The notes beneath the pieces are model-generated. The model had not been told where the DNA came from. It was given only the letters and a program-made list of their open reading frames with translations, and made no database searches. Position numbers and translations under genes: made by a program. Below are positions 12,409-23,490 of a stretch of DNA of 64,000 nucleotides, in pieces. Every line of letters begins with the position of its first letter. Position 1 is the stretch's first letter. The DNA comes from Octopus sinensis. Lineage: Eukaryota. The stretch is taken from assembly GCF_006345805.1 (NCBI RefSeq), contig NC_043006.1:45632001-45696000 (forward strand), written 5' to 3'.

Positions 12409-12515
12409 CTGGAAATAGCGAACGTAAAATACGACGCTAATGTGTAGCTTCACCGCGTATGTATTAGCAAAAATGCGTGTGTGCAACAAATTAGAGAAAA
12501 AAAAAAACGTCTTAC
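12409..12515 (-). other. Predicted 107-nt spliceosomal intron inside the HHR element
   Basis: GGAG|GTAAGA donor, GCTAAT branch-like motif, TTTTACGTTCGCTATTTCCAG acceptor. Confidence 0.5.
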
Positions 12516-12557
12516 CTCCAGGGAGAACATCTGAAAGATGAAACACCCGGAAAAGGA

Positions 12558-12639
12558 TAATGTGGTACCTGCAGGTTTCAGGTTTTACAAGATATGTCTC
12601 TCACCCATATTTTGTTTTACCTTCATCAGCCAAACATAT
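12558..12639 (-). ncRNA. Type I hammerhead ribozyme, conserved core intact, predicted cleavage after GUA (between 12566 and 12565)
   Basis: Minus strand: AUG-UU-UGG / CUGAUGA / AGGU..ACCU stem II (extended ACAA/UUGU, AUAUG/CAUAU) / GAAA / CC-UGCA-GG / UA / CCA-CAU. Confidence 0.82.
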
Positions 12640-13110
12640 ACCAAGACGAAATCTACGATGTTACCACATTAATACTAAACCACTCGACTGAAATGCGGAA
12701 CGCTAACAGTACGAGAAACGGTGAAGAAGTTTCAAAATATCAGTAATGCAATACAAAGTATTGCCTTCCAGTAAAAAGTAGCCCGTGAGGGAAAAATACA
12801 CAAATTAGTAAATAAATGGCACAACTAAGTACCGATATTTACTGGAAATAGCGAACGTAAAATACGACGCTAATGTGTAGCTTCACCGCGTATGTATTAG
12901 CAAAAATGCGTGTGTGCAACAAATTAGAGAAAAAAAAAAACTTACAGGGAAAAATTAGATTTAGGATTAAATCCAATTTTACAGTATAATTATATTTGCC
13001 TAATAGTGGTTTTGTCTCTAATTTAATATATATATACCAAACGATGTCCTGTACTTTTCTCTCATGTGTTTATGTATTTTTCCTGTACTTAATGTGTATT
13101 TTTTATTTAT

Positions 13111-13506
13111 ATGCGCAGGTGTGGCTGTGTGGTAAGTAGCTTGCTTACCTGCCACATGGTTCCAGGTTCAGTCCCACTGTGTGGCACCTTGGGCAAGTGT
13201 CTTCTACTATAGCCTCGGGCCGACCAAAGCCTTGTGAGTGGATTTGGTAGACGGAATCTGAAAGAAGCCCGTCGTATATATGTTGTGTGTGTGTGTGTGT
13301 GTGTGTGTGTGTCAGTTTGTCCCCTCTCCACCATCACTTGACAACTGATGTTGGTGTGTGTATGTCCCTGTAACTTAGTGGTTTGGCGAAAGAGACTGAT
13401 AGAATAAGTACTAGGCTTACAAAGAATAAGTCCTGGGGTCGATTTGTTTGACTAAAGGCTGTACTCCAGCATGGCTGCAGTCAAATGACTGAAACAAATA
13501 AAAGAA
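13111..13506 (+). mobile_element. SINE family A, full length
   Basis: GTGGCTGTGTGGTAAG A box, GGTTCAGTCC B box, CACCTTGGGCAAGTG box, (TG)n linker, 3' half ending GAAACAAATAAAAGAA. Confidence 0.9.
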
Positions 13507-13782
13507 TATATATATGTGTGTGTGTGTATATATACATATATATATCATCATCATCATCGTTTAACGTCCGCTTTCCGCGCTAGCACGGGTTGGACGGTTC
13601 GACCGGGTCTGGGAAGCCAGGGGCCGCTCCAGGCTCCAGTCTGAATCTGGCAGAGTTTCTACGGCTGGATGCCCTTCCTAACGCCAACCACTCCGTGAGT
13701 GGATTGGGTGCTTTTTACGTGCCACCTGCACAGGGGCCGGAGGGTCCGGCATCGTCACGATCGGTTCGAGCATTTTAACGTG

Positions 13783-15822
13783 TCAGCGGCATGGGGGCAA
13801 CGAGGTCCGGGGTACTTTGGGGATCGGGGTACTTTGGGGATCCAGGGTACTTTGGGGATCCGGGGTACTTAGAATGGGTAGGGGGTATGTGGAATTGCTG
13901 CAGAAAGCAGCCCGGGTCTTTGTAGTCACAGCATATCTCCAGAGATCTCGGTCCTTCGCCATTGCCTCAGTGAGGCCCAATGCTCTGAGGTCATGCTTGA
14001 CCACCTCATCCCATGTCTTCCTGGGTCTACCTCTCCCCCTGATACCTTCAACTGTTTGGGAGTGGCACTTCTTCACACATCTCTCTTCATCCATCCGCAG
14101 CACATGACCATACCATCGCAAGCGTCGCTCTTGCACACCACATCTGATGCTTCTTATATCCCGCATTTGTCTCAGGATACTTACACTCTGTTTTGCGTGC
14201 ACACTGACACTACACATCCAGCGGATCATGCTAGCTTCATTTCTTTCAAGTCTACGCATGTCTTCTGCAGTCACAGCCCATGTTTCATTACCGTGAAGCA
14301 TGGCAGTTCGCACACATGCATCATACAATCTACCTTTTGCTCTGAGGGAGAGACCTTTTGTTGCCAGTAGGGGTAGGAGCTTTCTGAACTTTGCCCAGGC
14401 TATTCGTATTCTAGTGGTGATACTCTCTGTGCATCCACCTCCGCTACTAACTTGGTCTCCCAGGTAGCGGAAACTATCAACTACTTCCAGTTTCTCTCCC
14501 TGGAGTGTGATGGAATCTGTTTTCTGAGTGTCTGTTGTGTCTATTGTCCCTGTGCATCTGCCGCACATGAAAGCTATCTTATCTGTTAATTTCCCTTTAA
14601 TGTTGCTGCACCTCTTATGTGTCCATAACTTACATTGGGTGCATCTTATGGAGTTTCTACCTGTACCTTTCCTACAGGTTGAGCAGGGCCACCTACCCGA
14701 GGGGATGTGTGCTGAGTACCTCTTGCTGCTTACTAATACTTTGGTCTTTGCTACATTTATTCTAAGGCTCTTTGATTCCAACCCTTGCTTCCACACCCGA
14801 AATTTCTCTTCTAGTTCCGGTAGTGATTCTGCTATGAGAGCTAGGTCATTGGCATAGAGGAGCTCCCAGGGGCATCCCGTTTTGAATTCCTCTGTTATTG
14901 CCTGAAGGACTATGATGAATAAAAGGGGACTGAGGGCTGAGCCCTGGTGCACACCTACTTCTACCCGGAATTCTTCACTATATTCGTTGCCAATCCTAAC
15001 CTTGCTGACAGCCTCTCTGTATAGAGCCTGTACAGCCCTTATTAGCCATTCTTCAATCTCCAGTTTCCGCATCGACCACCAGATAAGGGAACGGGAAACC
15101 CTGTCAAAGGCTTTCTCCAATTCTACAAAAGCTATGTAGAGGGGTTTATCTTTAGCTAGGTACTTCTCCTGCAGTTGTCGGACCAGGAATATAGCATCAG
15201 TGGTGCTTCTACCTGGTACAAAACCGAACTGCATTTCATCTAAACAAATTCTCTCCCTAATGAGATTGGTTATGACCTTCTCTGAGACCTTCATCACCTG
15301 GTCCAACAGTTTGATACCTCTGTAGTTATTTCTATCTAGAGCATCACCCTTACCCTTGTAGCAGTTGACTATGGTGCTGCTGCACCAGTCATTGGGTATG
15401 ACTCCATTGTGAACTACCTGGTTTACAATGCGGGTGACTATGGCATAGCCCACATAGCCAGCTGTTTTAAGCATCTCAGCAGTGATTCCTGATAGGCCAG
15501 GGGCTTTGCCTGGTTTCATATCCTTAATTGCCTTATCTACAAAGGAGCTGTCTATTCGGGTAGCTGGTCCCTCTACTGGGTCAACATTTGGCAGGCTCTC
15601 CTCCTCCCATTCATTCTCCTCATTCAGCAGTCTTTCATAATGGCTTCTCCAAGCCTCTTTCTTTTCACTAGTAGTAAAAGCAAGTGCCCCATCATCCATG
15701 CGGACACATTTCTCTCCTATAACATCGCTATTTTCTCTGACACACTGTCTGGCAATCCGAAATACTTCAGCTCTTTGATCCTCGCGACGCTGGACATTGG
15801 CAAACTTCTTCTTTTCTGCTAC
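13783..15822 (-). pseudogene. RTE reverse transcriptase ORF (no endonuclease, YADD mutated to YAND) with internal PHD finger
   Basis: QFGFVPGRSTTDAI, LEKAFDRV, GVHQGSALSPLLF, YAND (14845-14856), FRYLG motifs; the ORF-track start lies in upstream microsatellite and is spurious. Confidence 0.9.
13807..13870. repeat. 18-bp minisatellite (CCGGGGTACTTTGGGGAT) x3.6 at the LINE ORF/3' UTR boundary
   Basis: Direct reading. Confidence 0.9.
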
Positions 15823-16787
15823 ATATATATATATATATAGAGAGAGAGGGTGGATTTGGTAGACAGAAACTGAAAGAAGCTCATCATATGTGTATATATA
15901 TGTACACACACACACACACACTTATATGTGGTAGGCTCCTTTCTGTTTCCATCTACCAAATGCATTCACAGAATTTTAGTTGGAGACGCACTCAAGGTGT
16001 TTCACAGTGGGACTGAACTCAAGACCAGTGGTTAGGAAGCAAGCTTCATAACCACACAGCTACTCCTTTGCCTATAATGCAGTTGAATTCTTTGTTAATG
16101 AGGTGTTCAAAAGACAAACCTTTTTCTCCTTAAATGACATTACATTTTAAAATTCACAAATGATGTGTAAAGATGTCTTTAACATGAATCAGAAAAAACA
16201 TATCTTATGATTTAAAAGGTGGCTTTGGGTACCTAAACTTACTGGTTTTATTTATATTATAATGAGACATTACACTAACTTGCAGTAAATAATACCATTT
16301 CAAATTTACTTTTTCTACTAAACACCTTCACCTTAGCTCTCGTTCAGTGTGGTTCTCTTTTCAATCTTTCTTTTCTCTTTTGTTATAGAATACTTTTGTG
16401 AACAATGCCCTCATCAGATATTTGGTTTTCAAGCAGAAGTCAAATGAATTTAATCCATGCTTCACTGCAGTTCAGATATGATGAACACAGAGGGAAAGGA
16501 GATAGAGGTAGTACATACTAAAAACTAGTAACTCCATGAAATATCCTTGAACATAAAGAAGTCTTTATGTACAAGTTTCTCTAAAGTCACACTCTACCAT
16601 TTTAGTATAAAAGAAAGTAAGGCATGCTAAATATTGTAGTCCTAGAAACACCATTTGAAAGATAGAACCCCATCCCCTCTCCAGTAAATCTTGTTGATCT
16701 TGTCTCATAAGTCTTTGATCATAGGTCTGTTCAGTCAGAGCTGACTTGGGGGTTAACCCTTTAGTATTCAGATTACTTTGTCAAATG

Positions 16788-17160
16788 TAGGTGTGGCTGT
16801 GTGGTAAGAAGCTTGCTTATGAACCACATGATTTCGGGTTCAGTCCCACTGCGTGGCACCTTGGGTAAGTGTCTTCTACTATAGCCTCTGGCTGACCTTA
16901 TGAGTAGACGGAAACTGAAAGAAGCCCATCATATATATATATGTGTGTCTGTGTTTGTCCCCCCCCCCTCAAACATCGCTTGGCAACCGATGCTGGTGTG
17001 TTTATGTCCCTGTAATATAGCGGTTCGGCAAAAGAGACCGATAGAATAAGTACTAGGCTTACAAAGAATAAGTGCTGGGATTGATTTGCTCGACTAAAGG
17101 CGGTGCTCCAGCATGGCCGCAGTCAAATGACTGAAACAAGTAAAATAGTAAAAGAAAGAT
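16788..17160 (+). mobile_element. SINE family A, full length
   Basis: Matches 13111-13506. Confidence 0.88.
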
Positions 17161-17519
17161 AGAATAAGTACTTGGCTTACAAAGACTAACTCCTGGGGTC
17201 GATATCTTTGACTAAAACCCTTTGGAGAGTAACTTTCTAGGTGCAATCCTATGGTCATTCATCAGTAAAGGGGTTCTTTAATCTTTACTATAAGTGTACC
17301 TGCATCACCAATAAGCAATGAACTGGCAGAATGGATGGAACATTGGAGAAATTACTTTGTGATATTTCATCATGTGTTTTTATGTTTGTCACCTTTGCCT
17401 TACATCCTCTTGGGGGTTGAGAAAATATGTATCTGAAATATATCAGGAACTGTTATAAAACTAGCTAAACCCTTGAAGAGGGTATTTGTTCACTCCATGT
17501 AAAGTATATCTACGAGAGT

Positions 17520-17850
17520 AAAGACCCGCTTTGGTCATGAATGTCCATGGGTTTGCCCTTAGAAAGTTCCCCTCCAAGGCACAAGTCTGGGCAAGGTTGT
17601 TTGTGGAAGTCCCACAGCCGCCCATACATACCAACCTCCCCTCTTCAGGCCACCGATGTTATCCAAGGGAAAGGTAAAGGCCAATACAGCTTGACACCAC
17701 TGATATCGCAACTCATTTTTACAGCTGAGTGAATTGGAGCAATGTGAAATAAAATGTTTTGCTCAAGAAAACAACATACAGTCCAGTCTAGGAATTGAAC
17801 TCACTACCTCATGATTGTGAGCCTGATGCTCTGACTACTGAGCCAACTCC
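17520..17850 (-). mobile_element. tRNA-headed SINE, family C long variant
   Basis: Reverse complement of the 56535-57235 element (GGTCATTCATGACC tail, CTTGAGCAA box). Confidence 0.75.
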
Positions 17851-18704
17851 TATGCAAACTACCATACCTCAGTATATACATTGGTTGCTCTCTCTCTAGA
17901 AGTCATTAGTTTGTCTAAAAAACTTATACAGTAGTGTTTGAAACCCCACCTTCCTTCCTTCGTTTTTATGGAATATTACATGAGTGAAGAGATCTGATAA
18001 CAAAACTGCAATAGAATCTTCTTAAGTTGGTGTTGTTATTTAAATTGTGGAATTACGAAACGCGTATTGGGGTTTGGCCTGTAAAGATCACTGATGCGAA
18101 TGATCTAGTTATTTGTGAAGCTAACTTTTGAAAATCAGTTACCTGCATACTTAGCTCACATTTAAGTTGCATAGGAAAACCTCTGACAAAGCAGGAAACA
18201 CAACAGGTGGTTGGTTGGTTGGCAAAGAGCTCTCATGTAATCAGATCCTTCTACAGACAACTGCTTTGAGACTATGCTTTCATGACAGATAGGAAGAGTT
18301 AGAAGGTGGTAGTTGTAAATAAAAGCGGCAGGGCATTGTAAACTTGTCGTTTAAGACTAGTTGACACAACCTACTCATTTGAATGCTTTCCTTTTAATAT
18401 AATGGCGTAAATTTTTTTTTTTTTTTACATTTTAAATATCAAATTAAAATAAATTTCTATGCCATGAAGAAAGGTGATTTTTTTTTTTTTTTTAGTTAAA
18501 GCACTTCTTTGAAGAAGTGAGAAGTGTGTGGAAAGTCTTTGACTTTGTTTACTGTTTTCTTGTACTCTTTTAGTTTTTATTTTATTTTGAAGAACCTGAT
18601 TGAAACATCAGAACAACACAAACTTTGTTAGTGTTCTTTGCTATACCATAAGTTATTAATTAATTACTAGTAAAGTTGAGAGACGCATGGAGGTGCATGG
18701 CTTA

Positions 18705-18950
18705 GTGGTTAGGGTGCTGGACTCATGATCTTAAGATTATGGTTTTAATTCCCAAACCAAATGATGTGTTGTGTTCTTCACCAAAACACATCATTTCATG
18801 TTGCTCCTGTCCACTCAGCTAGCAAAGATGAGTTATCCTACAATGGACTAGCGTCCCATCCAGGGCAGGGGGGGGGAAAGAGAGTAATCTTGCGACAGAC
18901 TGGTGTCCTGTCCAGTGAGGAATGTATATGCCTGAGAAACTAAGAAACAT
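18705..18950 (+). mobile_element. SINE family C
   Basis: GGAGGTGCATGGCTTAGTGGTTAGGGTG head; GTCCACTCAGCT body; matches 27022-27275. Confidence 0.8.
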
Positions 18951-19444
18951 GCTATATTCTCCTTACAGAAAATAATGTGGACTAACCATTTATAAGAAAT
19001 GTGATTTAGGTAACTCCGTAGTCCCAGTTTTCTACAGCCATACAACACTGCTAATAAAATTCCTTCCAAAAACAGCCTTAGATAGGAGCTGTCTCTGTGA
19101 TCACGACTGTTTTTAATGCCCACTTTTTCCATGCTTGCATGAATCAGGCAGATTTGTTGAGGCAGATCTTTTACAGCCAGAAATTGAATATATTCAATTT
19201 CCAGTTACGCTATTTTACTTAATTTTTCCCTCATAATTGTGATTTATAGCTGTAATCAATAAATTTGGAGATAGATGATTGTTGCCAAGTTGACTTGCCT
19301 TTCTTTGTAGCTTTTGAGATAATTTAGGGCTTGTTTCTGTTTTCATGATGTTAAAAGCTTGAAGTACACTAAACAGATAGAGATATTTCTTAGCCCTTTT
19401 GATATTAACCCATCCATTGAGTTGGCAGTATTGTTAGTACTCTA

Positions 19445-19850
19445 GGCTGGCAAGCTGGCAGAAACGTTAGCATACCGGGTGAAATGCTTAGCGGTATTTT
19501 GTTTGTCATTATGTTCTGAGTTCAAATTCCACCGAGGTCAACTTTGCCTTTCATCCTTTCGGGGTCGATTAAATAAAGTACCAGTTTTGCACTGGGGTCA
19601 ATGTAATCGGCTTAATCCGTTTGTCTGTCCTTGTTTGTCCCCTCTATGTTTAGCCCCTTGTGAGTAGTAAAAAAATAAATATTTCGGCCGTCTGTAGGTT
19701 CTGAGCTTAAATTCTGCCAAGGTTGACTTTGCCTTTCATCCTTTTGGGAGTTTTAAAAGTAAATACCAGTTGAACACTGGGGTTAAAGTAATTGACTTGA
19801 TTCCTCCCTGGAAATTGTTGGCTTTTTGCTAAAATTTGAATTCAATATTA
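19445..19850 (+). mobile_element. SINE family B, two modules
   Basis: Same head plus headless second module as 1245-1805. Confidence 0.82.
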
Positions 19851-20202
19851 ACCCATCTAAGACTGCCTCTAATTCTGTAGAACAAAGCAGCCTATTTTAA
19901 GTGTTCAAACTTGAATAAAAGTTTTTCCATTATGACTTAATGTAAGAACTTTTTTATTAGGACATGGTCAAATACTGGCTTAATAAAGATAAAGTCAGGT
20001 ATTTTATGAAATCTCTTGAAATTTTTGATTATTTTCCAAAATATTTTAAATCACATAACCAAACACAGTCTGTAGTTTCTGAAATAAGAAATTTTGTATT
20101 ATGTATTGATCAGAATACTGTCCTCATCTTGATTGTTGCTTCCACCACATTTTGGCTGTTGTATGCTCTGGTCTTTTTCAGATGTCTTGTGATTCTCTTT
20201 AG

Positions 20203-20400
20203 TGCCTTGCCTCGGATTGAACTCAGAAACTCTAGGTGACTGTATGCATTAACTAGCACCTTTATCCACTATGCTATACAATCCCAGTCAAGGCGCTAAG
20301 GTAAATCTCTAGACACCCAAAGAAGGCTGGAGTGTACATGGCTGAAATGTAATGGAAAGCAACAACCAGGATGAGGACAACTACCCTGACTAGTACATAA
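20203..20400. mobile_element. Diverged copy of the tRNA-HHR family with the tRNA part (-) inverted relative to the HHR tail (+)
   Basis: 20203-20285 reverse tRNA-like head; 20312-20380 GACAC-CCAAAGA-AGGCTG..GGCT-GAAA..CAGGATGAGGACAA aligns with the tail of 61404-61708. Confidence 0.55.
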
Positions 20401-21119
20401 TGTAACCAAGCATTTTGTAAGAAATTTGGGGCTGTCAGTTTTAAGTTAGTGTTGCAAAGCTAACAATTGTTAAGTCCTACTGTTTGTCTTTATTGTTTGC
20501 AGTGATATACGAACATCAACCTGGTACCTATTTACTGTTAAGGATACTGGGTCATTGAGAATTAAATCATCATCATTTTAATGCCCACTATTCCATGCCT
20601 GCTCAAGTCAGACGGAGTTTGTTGAGGCAGATTTTCTATAGCTAGATGTCCTTTCTGTCACAAACCTTCCAAACGAGGTAATATTAATTAACTAGACATC
20701 CTTTTCATGGAAAGCTGAAAATGATTAACTCAGTTGTGTGATGATGATATTCATTAACAACTTGTTGATAATCATGTGATGTCTAGATGAGGGTAGACAC
20801 ATGCGCATACATGCCCATACACACACATATGATGGGCCTCTTTCGATCTCCATCTTCCCAATTTACTCACAAGGTTTTGGCTGACCCAGGGGTTATAGTA
20901 GTAAACACTCAAGGTGCTGTGCAGTGGAACAGAACCTAAGACCAAAGGTTTGTGAAGCAAGCTTCTCAGCCACATGGTCATGCTGCCTGTACCTGTGTCA
21001 AGAAAGAAGCAATCAATCATAATTAATCTCTCGTTTGTGGAATGCAATCCTTTCTTAATTCGTTTGTATTTTATTTTTAGCTCTATATTTCATCACAACT
21101 CTCTGCAGCTATAACTATC

Positions 21120-21572
21120 TATTGGATCGCAGGACGGCTTGCTGTGCTTACCTTGGATCGTAGGGCGACCTGCTGTGCTTGAGGAGACCTATTGAGTCAA
21201 GTACATCAACATCAAAATAAAAATCAAATGAAAATTGTAGTTGTGATACCAGTGTCGGTAGCATGTAAAAAGCACCATCCAAACGTGGTCGACGCCAGCG
21301 CCACCCTGACTGGCTTCTGTGCCGGTGGCACGTAAAAAGCACCAACCAATCGTGGCTGTTACCAGCCTCCTTTGGCCCCTGTGCCAGTGGAATGTAAAAA
21401 ACACCCACTACACTCACGGAGTGGTTGGCATTAGGAAGGGCATCCAGCTGTAGAAACACTACCAGATCAGACTGGAGCCTGGTGCAGCCTTCTGACTTCC
21501 CAGACCCTGGTCGAACTGTCCAACCCATGCTAGCATGGAAAATGTATGTTAAATGATGATGATGATGATGAT
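21120..21572 (+). mobile_element. Family D RTE-tail repeat
   Basis: Homologous to 5905-6377; ends CCCATGCTAGCATGGAAAATG..GATGATGATG. Confidence 0.78.
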
Positions 21573-21998
21573 TCCATTGTTTGATACTCTTTAGAAATAA
21601 ACTTGTTTTAATATTGCTTGTTTGAAAGGTGGCGAGCTAGCAGAAACATTAGCACGACAAGCAAAATGCTTAGCAGTATTTCGTCTGTCTTTATGTTCTG
21701 AGTTCAAATACCACTGAGGTCAACTTTGCCTATCATCCTTTCAGGATCGATAAATTAAGTACCAGTTGCATATTGAGGTCGATCTAATCAACTTCCCCTA
21801 CCCTCTCCCCCAAAATTTTGGGTCTTGTGCCTAGAGTAGAAAAGAATATTGTTTGGTTGAATTAATGATTATAAAGTTGTGAATTTGATTCCCAGTGGTG
21901 TATCGTTTCCTTGAGCAAGGCACTTTATTTCTCATTGCACCAGTTGACTAGGCTGACAAAAATGATTCATGCTGTATCTCCCTAAAAAACAATGTTAT

Positions 21999-22531
21999 CC
22001 CTTTAGTGTTCATATTATTCTATCAAATGTGTTGTTGACTGTTCCTTCTCGAGCCATGCCTGGCTCATAAGGGCCAATTTCCTTGGCGTATAGGTTCCCC
22101 ACCTGGATGGGATGCTGGTCTGTTGCAGGTGAGCTGCTAGATGCAGGAGGAAAGAGTGAGAGGAAGTTGTGGCGAAAGAGTCAGTGGAAGTTTGCCATTA
22201 CCTTCTGCCAGAGCCACGCAGAGCTTAAGTGTTGCATTCATAAACATACACACCACCTGGTCTGAGATTCGAACCTGCAATCCCTCGACTGTGAGTCTAC
22301 TGCTTTAACCACAAGGCCATATGCCTTCAAATTCTGTCAAATGTAATGATTATTTATTCACATTACTTTGAATTAATCACGCATTTTCTTGTTGCTTAAA
22401 GATTTTGATGATGTGATTGTTAATTTTAGAATGTCATTGTAAGGTAGCTATGAGTATCCGGATCTGGCTGGTTTCAACATAAAACAGGTAGAATATCTGG
22501 GCCGGATATGGCCGGTTTAAATGCTAAAGGA
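21999..22531. mobile_element. piggyBac-type MITE interrupted by a SINE
   Basis: CCCTTTAG..CTAAAGG(A) termini next to TTAA-like sites; body is the reverse complement of 55756-55960. Confidence 0.75.
22031..22330 (-). mobile_element. SINE family C with 14-bp target-site duplication
   Basis: ATTCTATCAAATGT (22017-30) / ATTCTGTCAAATGT (22331-44); tRNA head at the right end. Confidence 0.85.
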
Positions 22532-22859
22532 TTAAGGGTTCATACATCTGTGGAGTGCTCAGCCACTTGCATATTAATTTCCCAAGCAAATTGTTCTATT
22601 GATTGGTTGGACCAACAGAAACACTCATTGTCATAACCATCTGAGAGCCAGATAGTTAGTTAGTTTGAATTAACTACTAGTAAATGCTAGGTTCTAATCC
22701 CACCCAACATAAGAAGTCTAATATTTCAACTATCATATTTGCTTTTCCTACACTTCAAAATGCTCTTTCACTACTTTTAATTATTTGTTCACTGTTACTT
22801 ACTGATGCAAGTGGTTTAGTTTAAGTATCATAGGGCCGTACACATGAGTAACAGGTGGC

Positions 22860-23490
22860 AGAATGCTAGAATTGTAAGTACTGGTGCGATTATGTGCTTT
22901 TAGCATTCAGTCGTCAGAAGCAGAGAGGTTGGTAGAAAAGCCAAATTTTCCTTCCTCAATTTGGTTTCCTATGGTCTTGAATGTTGGGTAATGACTGGGA
23001 AAAGTATGATCACAAATTCAGGTGACTGGAATTAGGTTCCTCCAAAAGATCTTTGGAATAATGTTACTCGACAGGTTGTGTAGTGCAAAGATCAGGGAGC
23101 CTATCCAGATCAAGCTCCTACTTCTCTACATTGAGAGATCATGGCTCCTCTGTTGTGGACATGTGATTAGAATATCGCAAGAAAGAATCACTAAACAGGT
23201 TCTTCAAGATGAGCCAAACTGCAGGAGAACAAGGAGTAGACCAAGAACAAGATGGTTGGATAATATCCAAAGTCTTCAGTTGATCATGTTTGGGAATCTA
23301 GCATGAAAGTGTAATAATGGTCACTTTCGATAGGACCCTATACAGGAGGGGCCTGAGGACTCTACCCACATGATAATCTCAGGAATAGTGGGTGATGCAA
23401 ATGAATGGATAGGCTTGTGGATGGATGGGTAGTTGGGTGGGTGGGTGGCTGGATGGGTGGTTGGGTGGGTGGAAGGATGGGTGGCTGGGT
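22860..23490 (+). mobile_element. RTE (Rex3/Expander-like) LINE 3' remnant with (GGAT/GGGT)n tail
   Basis: YGLECWVMT..LLLYIERSWL..GHVIRI..RSRPRTRWLDNI. Confidence 0.8.

Larger units (their letters stand above)
12367..12941 (-). mobile_element. 433-bp-period unit (1.33 copies) with hammerhead: Penelope pLTR / retrozyme-like element
   Basis: Identical 142-bp direct repeats at 12367-12508 and 12800-12941; HHR between them; flanked on the left by (TA)n. Confidence 0.75.
13545..15822 (-). mobile_element. 5'-truncated RTE-clade LINE with (GAT)n tail, inserted between TA/TG microsatellites
   Basis: Long RT ORF, RGRGRPRKTW C-terminus, 3' UTR ending CGTTAAACGATGATGATGATG. Confidence 0.95.
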
